From the NCBI RefSeq assembly GCF_000400465.1, contig NW_008806280.1, forward strand, positions 20,001 through 144,000: a stretch of DNA of 124,000 bases, in the 5' to 3' direction. This DNA comes from Wallemia ichthyophaga EXF-994 (lineage: Eukaryota; Fungi; Basidiomycota). Positions 14,060 through 28,607 of this stretch are shown in pieces (the first letter of the stretch is position 1; every line of letters begins with the position of its first letter). The position numbers were made by a program, and so were the translations under genes. The notes under the pieces are model-generated. The model was given only the letters and a program-made list of their open reading frames with translations. It was not told the origin of the DNA and made no database searches.

Positions 14060-15841
14060 TTACAAAAATCCTGCTTCTGGTATGGACCCTTTCACCGCTT
14101 CGAAATTGTTCAGCGCTTGCTCCAAGTTCCAATTATTCGATTGAAGGCACTCTATAGAAAAGTCGTAATTGAGACGCGTCCTCACTGCCAGCTCACAAAC
14201 AATACCATGTTGCTCTTTGGAAATGTGGTCTGGTGGGTTTTTCGGCAGCTTGAGTAGTATCCCTTTACTTCCCTCCACCGTGTCGATTGTGCTGCCCTCC
14301 CTCCACGCTTCAGATTTGGATAGTGCGCGTAGTGTGAGGCTGTCCGAAACCACCGCACACGGCCATCCACTCTCGGCGGCGAGCGTTGATACCGAAGAAG
14401 GAGCAAGAATAAAAGTACGGTCAAATGACCTGAACCCCTTATTGCCATTCTCTATAAACTCACCATGCACCGAACAGAATATTACAGCTGTTGAAGGTAT
14501 CACTCCAGGCATGGTCCAGCAATCAAAAACGAAATTGTTGATATCGCTGATATTATGCGTTGTGCGTGGCAGTAGTTTTTGAGCTTCAATTATCATCTTA
14601 TTTCCAACCGACAACTTCTGGTTCCTCGTTTCGTTGTTGTAGATCTTGGAACAATTTCTAGATGTCGCTGTTGGTTTATTGTCAATGTAAGGCTTCCACA
14701 TTATTTTTGGTTTGCCGTCGTATAAATTTTGCCTTCTTGCGCGTGGAGGGGTGTTGGTGTTGACGGAGATACTGAATGTGGCTGTATCAGTGTAGGCAGG
14801 GAGTAAAGCACCTCTGTCATTATCAAAGAGACTAAAAAATCTAGTAAGAAATTCGGCAACCAATGGACCAACTTCAGCGTTATCTCTACCGAAACTACCG
14901 AGAATGGCAACAGGGAATTGAGATGGCAGGGATTTAGTTGCATCTGATTGAATGCGTTGTTTCTTTGGATCCAATTTGACACCATCACCCAAATCAAATG
15001 TTACGGAACGTTGAACAGGTTTCATATCGAGGAGTTCCAATGTAGGGAACTTCTTTATGACTCTCGCTCTCCACGTATCACCAAAGCGGGAAATGGGATT
15101 ATTTGATAGAATGAGTTCTTTGAGGTTGCGTAGTCTGCGTGAGGAGCATAAAGCGTATAGGTCTTCTACGTGTCTGAAATCGTTATCGCTGAGGCTCAAG
15201 TTTTCGAGATTTGGGATGAATTCTGGGAGAGATTTGTAAGAATGTAAATTGCGCAAGTGATTCGAGGCCAGTGAGATAGTCTTGACATCAGGGAAGAGCT
15301 CAGCAATGAGTTTAAAGAGGGAGGGACCTGCGAGTGATTTCTGTTTGGAATAACCGGGTGGAATGAAATTTGCAGATTTAAGGATATCGTCGTCGCCCAT
15401 TTTCTGGTTATTAGAGTTAGATAGGTGAAAAAACGCGTAAAACGGCCGACAAACCTCCAAATTTAGAAAATTGAGATTAGAATCGAAGCGAGTGTTTAAG
15501 AAGCGAGTCAATGCGTCGATAACGTTTCTGTCCGACGTGGGTTTTGTCGGAGGGTTATTGAGAGACACCTTCTTAGGGCGTGTGGGGGTGTTCGGACGTG
15601 AAGGAGCGCCACTCAGGCGAGATGAAGTAGATGGGCGTGCGAGAGGATTAGATTTGTTACGTATTTGAGATCTTCTTGATGAGGAATCAGCGTCTGACAT
15701 GGAAGAATCCTCATTTGTGGAACCAACGCCTCTACCGCGTTTACCCTTGTGCTTTAATAAACCGGCAGATTTTAGGAGATTGTTTCCGACGCCGGGAGCA
15801 TTTGAATTTGAATTTGAATTTTCAACACGATCGGCATACAT
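14060..15841 (-). CDS. MEX67: mRNA export factor (LRR, NTF2-like, UBA)
   Basis: ISLASNHL/LSLSDNDF LRRs, FRSFDRTFILAP, CLQSNNWNLEQAL..F UBA. Confidence 0.9.
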   Translation of the reverse strand: MYADRVENSNSNSNAPGVGNNLLKSAGLLKHKGKRGRGVGSTNEDSSMSDADSSSRRSQIRNKSNPLARPSTSSRLSGAPSRPNTPTRPKKVSLNNPPTKPTSDRNVIDALTRFLNTRFDSNLNFLNLEVCRPFYAFFHLSNSNNQKMGDDDILKSANFIPPGYSKQKSLAGPSLFKLIAELFPDVKTISLASNHLRNLHSYKSLPEFIPNLENLSLSDNDFRHVEDLYALCSSRRLRNLKELILSNNPISRFGDTWRARVIKKFPTLELLDMKPVQRSVTFDLGDGVKLDPKKQRIQSDATKSLPSQFPVAILGSFGRDNAEVGPLVAEFLTRFFSLFDNDRGALLPAYTDTATFSISVNTNTPPRARRQNLYDGKPKIMWKPYIDNKPTATSRNCSKIYNNETRNQKLSVGNKMIIEAQKLLPRTTHNISDINNFVFDCWTMPGVIPSTAVIFCSVHGEFIENGNKGFRSFDRTFILAPSSVSTLAAESGWPCAVVSDSLTLRALSKSEAWREGSTIDTVEGSKGILLKLPKNPPDHISKEQHGIVCELAVRTRLNYDFSIECLQSNNWNLEQALNNFEAVKGSIPEAGFL

Positions 15842-15905
15842 GGTGGTGGATTGGGGGCAACAAGCACCTTGATTAGAAACGACCAACTTTAAATTAAAAT
15901 TAAAA

Positions 15906-18138
<2,233 letters not shown>

Positions 18139-18267
18139 GAGGGTGTGTGATGAGTGAGGAATAGGATTTGTATATGCAGTTATGCAGCTATACAGCTATA
18201 ATATAATCTATTTATCGTTGTTTTACCAATTTACACTTTATATTTTACCAAACTATCATGTCACCAC

Positions 18268-18933
18268 CTAGAAATCCAAACCCTTGTCGAGATCCTTGCG
18301 AATATGATCGAGCATCCCTGGTGCCATCAGGGGTTTCCCTGTACCATCGTTGAGATACCTGTAGGGCATATCGACTGACTCCTGCGGGGTAAAGACGATA
18401 GTAGGGTCGTCAACGAAATCCATCTTCTCCATAGGAATATTATCCACAACGACGCGCTTGGTAGTACCTAGAGCTGTATCGGTGGACATCTGGCGAGGAC
18501 CAAGGTGTCTACCCGGGAAACCAAATTTGCGAAGTTCCTTGGTACGATCGCGTGGAGGATCGTCACCGAGAATACCACCGAAGAGGAAATGGGAGAAGGT
18601 TTCCAAATCCTGTGGTTGGATGGGCTGCTCAGCTTTAGGGTCGAGAAGACAGACTTTCTCATGAGGGATGCCCTCGCGCGTGATTATATCCATAATGCCC
18701 TCCTTGTAGCACTCCGTGGTTGCCGCTTTGCCTTGGGATGGCGCCAGTGCCTGGTTGAGACTGTCGTAGGATGTCGACGATAGGTTCGTGTATATCACAC
18801 GGGCATTCTCACCCGCATGCGTAGACGCTGCCATATTGCGATACTCTCTTAAACTCCATTCCGGTATCTTGTAGCCTTCTGGCTCTTCTTCTTCGACGTG
18901 CTCAATTACGTAGGTTGGGTACGCGGCTGGCAT
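18268..18933 (-). CDS. SFM1: SPOUT-fold SAM-dependent methyltransferase (DUF431)
   Basis: YVIEHVE, VCLLDPKAE, FLFGGILGDDPPRDRT, RHLGPRQMSTDTA, VDMPYRY. Confidence 0.9.
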   Translation of the reverse strand: MPAAYPTYVIEHVEEEEPEGYKIPEWSLREYRNMAASTHAGENARVIYTNLSSTSYDSLNQALAPSQGKAATTECYKEGIMDIITREGIPHEKVCLLDPKAEQPIQPQDLETFSHFLFGGILGDDPPRDRTKELRKFGFPGRHLGPRQMSTDTALGTTKRVVVDNIPMEKMDFVDDPTIVFTPQESVDMPYRYLNDGTGKPLMAPGMLDHIRKDLDKGLDF

Positions 18934-19124
18934 GGCTGTGGTGGTGGTGGTATGAAGAAGGTGCGGCGAGTTGTTGGCGCTGGCAGCACTCAACACTCAA
19001 CACTAAGCACTCACCCACTCACCCACTTAAGATTCTTATATTTACTAGGAATATTTAAATATTACTTTGACATGATATCATGCTTGCGAAAATCTGCATA
19101 CTTTACAAACACTACACATTCCCT

Positions 19125-20745
19125 CTACACGCACTCCCTCCGCACATCTACAGTGCACTGCGTTCCAGCGGCAGCGAAATGCGCGCGGATGAGCTGAGAC
19201 GCGGACAGGGTGAGGTTGAAGATATCCACGTCGGAGGTCTCCTTCCCGACGAGCACTTTGAGCGAGACAAAGGAGGAGCCGAGTGAGTGTGCATTTGAGA
19301 TTCCAGTAGCCGACGAGAAAGAGGAAGAGCACGAGGAATTGCGAGCGAGATCCACACAACTCGCATCATCATCGAGCAGTGTCGTGCTAGCAGCGCCTGG
19401 TGTTATCTGGAAGATGCGCGGGAGGTCCAAGTGCTTGACTAGTGGGTGAGTCTCGATCTGTGCGAGTTTGTGAGTGTGCGCCCGCAAATGATAATCAACT
19501 CACCTCGCGCAACGCTTCACGCAGTATCGGGATCGTCGTAGACGTCGGCGCCGTCTGCAATAGGATTCGCGAGAGGGTGATCAGAGATGGGTATATCAGG
19601 TATCCGATGCATACTGCCATACAGCCCGCTATCACTTGGTCACAGATATGGTGGTGGGGGGGTGGTATGAGCGCGGCTGTGAGCCACATCGCACTTCCGA
19701 ACAGACTAATTAGGCAGCTATATGGATTGTTGATAAAGCTGGACATCTTGGGAGCGTTGTATAGCAGCGTGCCTGTGATGAGCGCTAGTGAGTGGTGGTT
19801 GTGGTAGTACTTGTTGGCAATATATGGTAGTATCGCAGAGAGCAGGATTAGATGAGTGGGGAAGGGAATACCATACTTGTGGTCATATTCATTGTATTCT
19901 CGGTAGTCATCTTCAGTGGAAGATATCAGCGCGTGTTCTACCGACTCCTTAGCAAGATAGGTCACGGCAAAGACTAAATAAATGACTTGCGTAAACAATG
20001 ATAGAGTTTCTAGCCTGCGTATCCCGAACGGCTTCTTGTACGTAGGAGACACCGTCCTGTACCAGTCGAACAGGTTGATGGAGATGAGCGATATGCTGTC
20101 GAATGTAATCAAGTAACCCATTCCAGTGGTCGATAGACTCTCAATTCGTTGTCCTGCAAGCCATAACCAGGCGCCGAGGAGTAATTCAACACCAGTGAAT
20201 GCAAATTTTCTCAAACTAAACGCTCTTCTTTCGAAAGTGGGTGGTGGGGCAGGTTTGCTGTCCTTTGTTTTGGCAAAGTTGGAGGATAACTTGGAAGACA
20301 CAGCGCTGTTCACAGTCACGGTGGGGTCGTTGAAGCTAAAAAAAGCATGAGATAGTGAACGCTTATGGTGGTGCTTGCGTCGATTAGGCTTATCTGAAGA
20401 AGGAGTAGTGTTAAGAGAGGGAGTGAGAATTTGATTGGGTGGAGTGAAATTCAAGCTGTTTGAGCTTGTCTTTGTATTCAACTGTGTGTCTGGGTGCGGA
20501 TCCTCAAGTAAAGTGCCCATTGAGCCGACAGCGCCGACAGAACTGAACATTCTCTTATGTGAAGGCAGTAAGGGTATTATATTCACATCCTCATTCTCTA
20601 CGTCGTCTGTGCTGTTCGCAACGGTTGCGCCATCCAAAGGCTCCCAGATTGAATGCTTCTTGATATGGTTAGAATTAGTAGAGCCAGGCTGCCTTGGAGA
20701 GCCACTGCCAACATTCCCCTTGTACTCCTGCAATGGCGAATTCAT
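19125..20745 (-). CDS. Cation diffusion facilitator (Zrg17/Msc2-like zinc transporter subunit)
   Basis: HHHKRSLSH N-terminal motif, YKKPFGIRRLETL..F, several TM helices, ILLQTAP. Confidence 0.75.
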
Positions 20746-20824
20746 TTAATCAATTTGACAGTGACGGTACACGGTTCAAGTTGCACACCCAGGATATCGT
20801 AATTGATAAGAAATTAAATTTAAA

Positions 20825-21591
20825 ATGAGCGCATCAGTGTTATCGCAGCAGGCGCGTGATGAGCGTGATTTACGTGTTCCATCCAGCACACCGCCTCCAC
20901 TGCCAGAAGAAGAAGAGCCTCCATTGCCAGACGAGGAGGAGCCCGTGTTGGAACAATCAGAGAGCGCAGGGAGCTCAGAAAATCCCCAGCAATCCCACCA
21001 ACCCCATCCTCAAATCTTACACGGAAAGAACGGCTGGTCAGCCATCTACGAGCCAAATTCATCGCAATACTACTACTACAATCAATCTACGGGCGCAACG
21101 ACCTGGCAAAATCCATTCTCTAATATAAATCCACAACATGACTCAATCAATACAAACAAACGCGAATTCTATCATGAAGAAGATGACGCGATTGATCCCG
21201 AGTTGGCCCATTTGATGCCCTCATCCAGTACTGATCCTGCTGGGTTTGTCCAGGCAAAGTTCAACGCTCGCACCGGTCAGTTCAACAGCAAAAGTTGGCA
21301 GACACCCGAGCACGTCTCCGCAATCAACAAGTCCAGGCGGCAACAAGGTGTGTAGACTATATATCAAATCTACCACCCCTTACCCACCTCACAGCTGCTT
21401 TCTTTGATCTCGATGCTTTCGAGAGGCAGAGAAACGACGACCATATGGCGAAAAAGGCTAAAATTGATGAGTTGGGTAAGGACAGTGTCAAGCCTAAGCT
21501 CTCAAAGGATCAAGTCAAGATGTATAAGGAACAGAAAGCAGCCAAGAGGTACAAAACCAAAACCGACTGGCTTGTGAATGACGATAAGTAG
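20825..21591 (+). CDS. WW-domain protein
   Basis: WSAIYEPNSSQYYYYNQSTGATTWQNP; AKFNARTGQF; one intron. Confidence 0.8.
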
Positions 21592-21613
21592 TATAACTAG
21601 CTGATTACTTCAA

Positions 21614-22979
21614 TTAGTGGCCAATCTGGTACACCTTGTAGCCTATCAACTCGAGCTGCTTCACATCCACAATCAAATGACCATCTAATACCCATCCCGG
21701 GGGGTTTATTTTTTGGTAAATCGCATTCCAATCGATTTGGGTATAAAATTCATCCCAGTTTGTTAGTAAGAGGATGCAATGTGTATTGATTGCTGCTTCA
21801 TCTATCGACTGACACGGTTCTACTTTTTCACTGGCATCAAACTCATTAATAATTTGCCAAGATGTGACAACGGGGTCGTAGACTGAGAAGTGTATATCGG
21901 GAAGCTGTCTGAGCAGCTCCTTAATAACTCTGATAGAAGGACTAAGTCGGAGATCGCCTGTATCTTTTTTGAAAGCGAGTCTGGCGTGGGTGTGAGGTGC
22001 AAAAAATAAAGAGTGAAAATCTGGACACCCACCCTAACACAGTGATTTTGACAGATTCGATACCCACCACGATTTCTTTGACGCGTTGTATGAATCTGTG
22101 CAACTGATAGTCATTCATCTCAATCACACTGTTCCAGTAGCGAGCTACGTGGTGGAGGTTGAGAGATTCGCAGAGATAGACGAGCATACGCAGGTCCTTC
22201 TCCAAACACGAGCCACCGAAGGCGAGGGAGGGAGAGAGGTACTCGCCTCGAATTCTTCGGTCTGTGGATAGCGAGTGGGTGAGTTGAGATATGTTTGCCC
22301 CGCTAGCATCGCAAATGGCAGTGAAGGAATTGATAGACGATATTCGCTGCGCTAGGAGAGCGTTGCTTGCCAATTTAGACAGCTCCGTTGAGTAGATGGA
22401 CTGAGTGAGAATTTTCTCGCGCGGCACCCAGTTGGCATACAGGCCGATAAGAGTGTCGCGCGCCCGCAGGCCACTCTCGCTCCCATCGCAGCCAACAAGC
22501 ACTCTATCGGGGCAAAGGGCGTCTCGAATGGCACTCCCTTGGCTGAGGAATTCGGGGATGGAGAGGATATCGAAGTGAGTGGGGTGGGCGAGAAGGGCGT
22601 GTGTGATTTGCGTGCACGTGTTTAATGGGAATGTGGACTTTTCGACTATTATTTTGCGCTGAGGGGAGCCGCATGTGTTGTGGAACATATCCAGAGTATC
22701 CGCGAGGAGAGAGGAGTGACTGAAATTGATGCAGAGGATAATGATGTCTGCAGTGTCTAAGCAGCGTGGCGAGGCTGTGAAGTGCACGTTGCTTTCCCTC
22801 AGCAATCCCTCCAAGCCCGGCTCAAAGAACGGTGGATCATGCCGAATCCAGCGATCGACTTTGACCAATTCCTTATCGTAGATGACGACATTTGCGTATT
22901 TCGATAAAACCGATCCAACGACCACACCGACCAATCCACTGCCCACGACAACCACGCTGAGCACATGACCGTTCTTCAT
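21614..22979 (-). CDS. UDP-glucose 6-dehydrogenase (divergent)
   Basis: GSGLVG, VEKST, PEFLSQG, ELSKLASNALLAQRISSINS, FGGSCLEKD; second exon LAFKKDTGDLR to stop at 21614. Confidence 0.92.
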
Positions 22980-22987
22980 AAACAGCC

Positions 22988-23689
22988 ATGGCCGCTATCT
23001 CAGATGATGAGCAGACGGAGAGCGAGCCACCGCCATACGCGGCTGTGACCGCGGCAGCGACGGCGCCGGCGTACACGAGACACAGAAACAGACAGCGGCA
23101 GCCTCAGCCAGCCACCGCCACCAGAAGCAGCACAAACACACCGATTTCACTCACACTCATCTATCAGCTACTCCAGCTAACGTCTCTTCTGCCCGCTCTC
23201 ACGGGCGTCCTCTACCTTCTCATTAGATTCTCGCTGCACACGCTCCCAGCTCCTAATCCTTCGCGCATCGAGTACCTCGCTTCAACCCCATGGGCGGTGC
23301 TTACGGCCGTTTACAGCTTCCAGATTATCAGCAGCATGCTACACAGGTGGAAGCAGTACTACCACCCCATTTCCGTCATTATCCGCCTCCTCTCGATACA
23401 GGCTGCGTCGTTTCCGTGGATCAGAGTCACCCTGTGGCTGTGCTCTACGCCTGAGAAACCCCTGCTGGCGTGGATGGTCGTCGCTATCACCACCGCCGTC
23501 TCCAGCTCCATCGCCCGGTGGTACATCAGCAATCTCAGCAGCACACAGTCTGCGCGTCATATCGATGTTGCTCGGCTGGTTACTAGGACCATTCTCCCCA
23601 TCTCCACGCTCTCCCTTTTCAGCCTCTTCCTGCTTCTTTACGATCTCTACTATACCAGAGTCTCGCTTCAAGTGGCAATGGCGCTTTAG
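22988..23689 (+). CDS. EOS1: EOS1-family ER membrane protein
   Basis: Four TM segments; EYLAS.W, MLHRWKQYYHPISVIIRLLSIQA resembles the EOS1 family. Confidence 0.65.
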   Translation: MAAISDDEQTESEPPPYAAVTAAATAPAYTRHRNRQRQPQPATATRSSTNTPISLTLIYQLLQLTSLLPALTGVLYLLIRFSLHTLPAPNPSRIEYLASTPWAVLTAVYSFQIISSMLHRWKQYYHPISVIIRLLSIQAASFPWIRVTLWLCSTPEKPLLAWMVVAITTAVSSSIARWYISNLSSTQSARHIDVARLVTRTILPISTLSLFSLFLLLYDLYYTRVSLQVAMAL

Positions 23690-23834
23690 CACTGGCAATG
23701 GCGCTTTAACACACTGGCAATGGCATTTACTACACGAAAATCCTAATACACTAATCTTTATACTCACCTTTACTTCTCTACTCATACCTTTGCGTTCATA
23801 TGTCGTCTTTTTTTTTCACTCATGCATTCTCTAT

Positions 23835-26800
23835 TTATACATTGCTAAATAAACTACTGCGCACGCTGCCAACGAGATCCTTAAGCACGGCACTGCTCAC
23901 TGTCTTCTTCTTGGGCGACGGTGACGGCGACGGCGACCTCACCAACTCGTCCTCCCTCTTGCGCTGTCTGCTGGATTGTTCGTGAGCAACTCTGACGCCC
24001 TCGGCCATTCTTTCGAGCTGCAACACCACGCGACGCGTCCTCTTCACTATATCTGTCTGCTCCACCAGCTCTTCTTGGTTGAGGGATACCCCATCGCGCA
24101 CGACAAACGTTTCGTCTGCCGGGTGGCCAGAGAAGACTATGTCGAGTATGCGAGTCATCACATACACAGTATCGGCGTGGCTGCCATCCCACCCGGCTAT
24201 CTCTGCGCGCAAGAGGAGCACATCGGGCTCAAAGTCGAAGCGTTCGTCGTCGAGCCACTCAATCAGTGTGGTGGGGAGGGGGATGCTTGTGTGGGTCAGG
24301 GTGGTTCTCCAGATGTTAAAAGCGAATAGCTCTTACCTCTCTTTCACGTTCGCATTCAATTTCACACCCACACTCTCCTTGAGCAGAGGTAGTGTGCGTG
24401 TCTCCGTCGGCGCCTCATCGCCATCCGCACCCGCACACAGCATCTGCACCGCCTCGTTCGTTGCCCGTATCGCCTCGTTGAGTATCGCGATCGACGAGTC
24501 CACCAAGGCGATCGCTATGTGGTGCGCATAGGGCATGTGATGGATGGCAAGTACACTAGCCAACGCGACTGGCGAGAACACCGCCGATACACGCCTAGGT
24601 GTGGTTGTTTGGTAGTGTCGCACCCCCACATCCACACTCTCCAAGAGAGTGTGCAGTTGGGAATCGAACGAGTGCGGGGCGATCTGGAGGTATTTCAAAT
24701 GTAGTGCGGGTGTGTTCAAATTCGAGCTCAAGCACTGCAAAAACCAAGTGAGCTATGGTTTCACTCATCATGGTAGCTTCACTCACCTCGACAGCCTCGC
24801 TCTCACACCACGATAGCACCACGATAGTGGGTATAAAGGTGCCGTACGCTAAACGCCCCGCTACACGCTCCATCCTCCTTTTATCATTATTGAGTGTTCG
24901 CGCTCTCTCTTTTTCCGACTGCTGTCTCGCCAGCTCGCGCGAGCATTCAAAGAAAACAATAGCGGTAGAGGCGGGTGGCTGGAGTGCGAGTGCGAGTGTG
25001 AGTGTGAGTGTGGTTGTGAGTGTTAATCACCCCTTCAATCAGCTACTACCCACCTTCTCGCTATTCGCATACAACGAAAGCTGCGAGTTGGCTTGATTAA
25101 AGTCGCCAACATCTGCACCGAAACGCGTGCGCAGCCATGAGCTGGAGGAGGAAGAGTCGTCGTGGGTGTACAGCCCCACATCCACACTCGCAAAGTGTTT
25201 CAGGAGTGGGTTGCTGTGTATAAACCCAGCCACGACAGTCAACGCACCACCTCGATTCCACAACTCGCTTCTCTGCTGTACGTGCTGAAGAAGGGAACTC
25301 TCTGTCAGAGTTATCGACAAGATAAATAAGCCGCTCACCTGCTGCAACGTGTGCTCCATCTCTGAATCGCTCAGTCTGAGTCTGAGTTGATGGAGAGGTG
25401 AATGGTGAAAAGCCACCTCTTCATCCTCGTGATCGAAAAGCTCCTCTGCATCTTGTTTGTCTTCCTCATCCTCTTCATCCGGCAGGGTGAAAGCCGGGGT
25501 CGTGCCACCCCTCCCAAAGGAAAGACCCTCGACAGCCATTCTAAACTGCTTGAGACGCTCCTGGTCAACATCGCGCGCAATGACGCGTGCCACTGCAGCC
25601 GTCTTCCACAGACGCAGACAACGCAAAATCAGCCTGCGTCGCCTGTACATGGCTGCTACCTCTCGCAGCACGCACGACCGCACAGCCGCAGCCACCGTCT
25701 CGTCGAGAATGCGGTCGGTGAGTTTTGTGCATGTCGTGTGAGTGAGCTCGAGCCGTTCTCGTTCTCTACCTCGCTCTTCCTCCCTCGTTTTCTTGCGCTC
25801 CTCTTCTTCAGCTCGCAAACGCCCTTGTAGCTTGCGGTTTTCTGATAAACGCCTCCGCGATTGTGCTGCACGTGCTAATTGAGCTGCTTCCGTCGCTTCT
25901 GCCGCTTCTGCTGCTTTTTGTTTCTTCTGCCTCTCCCGCTCCTCTTGCTGCTGCTGGCGGTGTTTCTCGTCGAGGTCATTATCAGGTTGAACATCAGGTT
26001 GGGCACCTTGTCCTTGTCCCTGTGTGCTGGGTGGGGTGAATGCATTAGCAAACGCACCTGCAGTTTCAGTACCAGTGCCAGTGCCACTCCAGCTGAACGC
26101 GTTGGAAGACGGAGCGCCCTGTGTGTGCTGCGTAGTCTGTCTAGGTTGGAAGGAGAAGGCTGTTGCGATGGGTTTGGGAGGAGGGGGCATGAGGGAGGTC
26201 GGAGAGCTGTTAGAGTGATTGTGACTGCTAGTGCCCGTATCAGTACCCGCACTAGTTCCATAACCATAGCCTCCACCGCCACTGTCAATATTCGCATTTG
26301 TTTTGGTCGATGGCATTGTGAAAACTGGCGCAGATGGTCTAAGCGAGGACAAAGACGCTGGTTGGCTCTTTGGGATATCACCAGCCACAACATCGACACC
26401 GATATCAAAATCAATGGCTAGAGGGGTATCTATAACATCCCGCGCACTGAGCCTGCCTCTCTTGGCAGATACGAGACGAGACTTGCAGTGAGGGATAGTC
26501 GGACCCGAGTCGTTGACCTGCGACTGTTTGTTTACTCTAACGGCTGTGGGCGGGGCTTCGTCATTTCCATTATCATTATCTTTCTCATTCTCGCCGCCCC
26601 TCTCCACATCCAGCCCGAGGTTCTCCGCCTCGCGCGCGACATGCAAACCGTCGTCGCATCCGAGCACACTGACGAGGTCAGCGACGGGATAAGCGCGGTA
26701 TTTGCTCGGGTAAGCGACGCGCATAGCCTTGAGGGCGCCTCTGCGCACGCTGCTGAAGGAGGGTTCGAGAAGGCACGCCATAAGGAAAGGGGTGCTACTC

Positions 26801-27558
26801 GAGCGGATAAGTTTGAAGAAGCGCGAGTATCCATTAGGGCTAGACACCGTATTATGGGGGCGTCCTCGTACGTCAGCCTCGTTCGAGCGGCGGGCGAGAG
26901 CGTGAAATTTGAGTGCGAGTTGAATGGGCTGCGAGAGGTAGAGTGAGGTGGGGAGGCGTTCTGCAGCAGCAGCAGTGCTAGAGTCGCGCAGATGAATGAG
27001 GAGGTGGTAGGCTCTGAACTCTGCTTCGTTCGGGAGTGTTTCGCCCGTGCTGGCCCGCCAGTCGTCGTAGAACTCCGTCAAGCTCAGCAACACCTTGCTC
27101 AGCTGCTCCAGCTCCTGCTGGTCAGACCACCCAGTGCGCTCGCATAGCTCGTGCAGGCAGAGGATGTGGTAGCGGGCTATGCGCTCGTGGCACTCGACGG
27201 CAACGCGGTCGCGGATGTGCTGCAGAGTGAAATCCTGTCGTATAGAGCGCGTCCTGTCGCGAAGGAAGTGGTGGCTGTCGTGCAGGTCTGCGTCTTCTGC
27301 GAGGATCGTGTGGAAGAGATAGTCGAGTGTTTGCTTGAGCACCGGCGCTGGGCGTACATCTGACGGCAGGCTGGCTTCGTCGCCGGCAGCTGGCCTGTGG
27401 AATGTCTTCACGGTGCGCGCGGGATTCGCCTGGCGCGGGTGCTCTGCGTATACCTCCCACTTATCCAGATTGAGCTGGTACTCGCGCTCGACGCGTTCAA
27501 ACAGTGGACACATGGTGGTACACGTTCCTCGCAGCGTTATCGCATCGCTCAGACTCAT
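23835..27558 (-). CDS. SAC3: SAC3/GANP TREX-2 scaffold, multi-exon
   Basis: GTCTTMCPLFER, SDVRP..VL..TL.YL, DRTRSIRQDF, ERIARYHI, NEAEFRAYHLL; frame continues through introns into ORFs 24595-24873, 24333-24740 and 23835-24221. Confidence 0.88.
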
Positions 27559-27880
27559 TCCCCCTTGGCTCGGATCGGGGATTTGGCCATCTCTAATGGC
27601 TTCGAGTCGCTCGACTTCTCGGTGCGCGCGCAGCTGGGTAAGCGGGTCAGACGGGATTCGAACGCAGAGCCCTGCACACCTGCTGGTATTGCGTCTTGTC
27701 GGCGGTGAATCTGCTGCCTCTGTCGGTGGTGAGATGACCGTCAGCCATTAAGATAACATCAACGACGTAAAAACCTCTTTATTGGCTCAAATACAAATAC
27801 ACTGAATCTTGGGCTGTAGTATAAGCAAGCGAGTATTCTAACTGGGAGAAGTACCTGTGATAGGTCGGGAGTGAGAATTT

Positions 27881-28381
27881 TCACCTTTTGTGACGACACA
27901 CACTAACCTTGGTTATCGTGTATGCTGCTATGGCTTCAGAGATGTGTGCTGTGTATCTGCCACTGCCGTCCCACTTGTTCTCCTCATCTTGCCAGAGATT
28001 GTAGCGCTGTCTGAATCTGTCGAGACGACGCTCACCCTCCTCGCAAGCAGCACGAGTCCAGCTTCTTATGTCATTGGTGTTATCGCAGCTATCTGCTCCC
28101 CACAACCACTCTAGACTACGCTCGCCTACGCCGAACCAGTGCAACCCCCCAAAGATAGCAATCACGGGAAAAATAGCTGTCAGCTCGTGGAGAATGGCGA
28201 ATGAGGCGCTGAGGCTGATTGGGTCTGTGCCTGTGCGTTGACTGAGGTGTTGCAGGCGTTGAGTGTAGGTGTGAGTGCTCTTGTGGCGTACTTGGTTTGA
28301 TTTCGGTACTCTGGGTGCTCTAAGTACTCGAGATAGTCCAGATACTCCAAATCCCCGGAATCCAGTCCAAATCAGCATCAC
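27881..28381 (-). CDS. FLILHELTA-family mitochondrial protein (Mrx11-like)
   Basis: SFAILHELTAIFP motif; AYTITK near the end of the exon. Confidence 0.75.
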   Translation of the reverse strand: MMLIWTGFRGFGVSGLSRVLRAPRVPKSNQVRHKSTHTYTQRLQHLSQRTGTDPISLSASFAILHELTAIFPVIAIFGGLHWFGVGERSLEWLWGADSCDNTNDIRSWTRAACEEGERRLDRFRQRYNLWQDEENKWDGSGRYTAHISEAIAAYTITKVSVCRHKR

Positions 28382-28607
28382 TAACGCCGTGAAAGAGAGA
28401 GGGAGGAGAGGTAAGGAATTGAATGATCTAATATCCCAAGCATCTTTTATATACGCTCCATATTTTATATTCGATTAAATTAGAAAAATTTCGCCTTCAA
28501 ATTTAATAGTCTTCCTAACTTCCCTCTTAGCGACCGACGACTCAAATCACGAGTGAGGGAGGGTTTAAATAGCGTTGGGCGTTACTCACACTGCACTCAC
28601 AGCCAGG

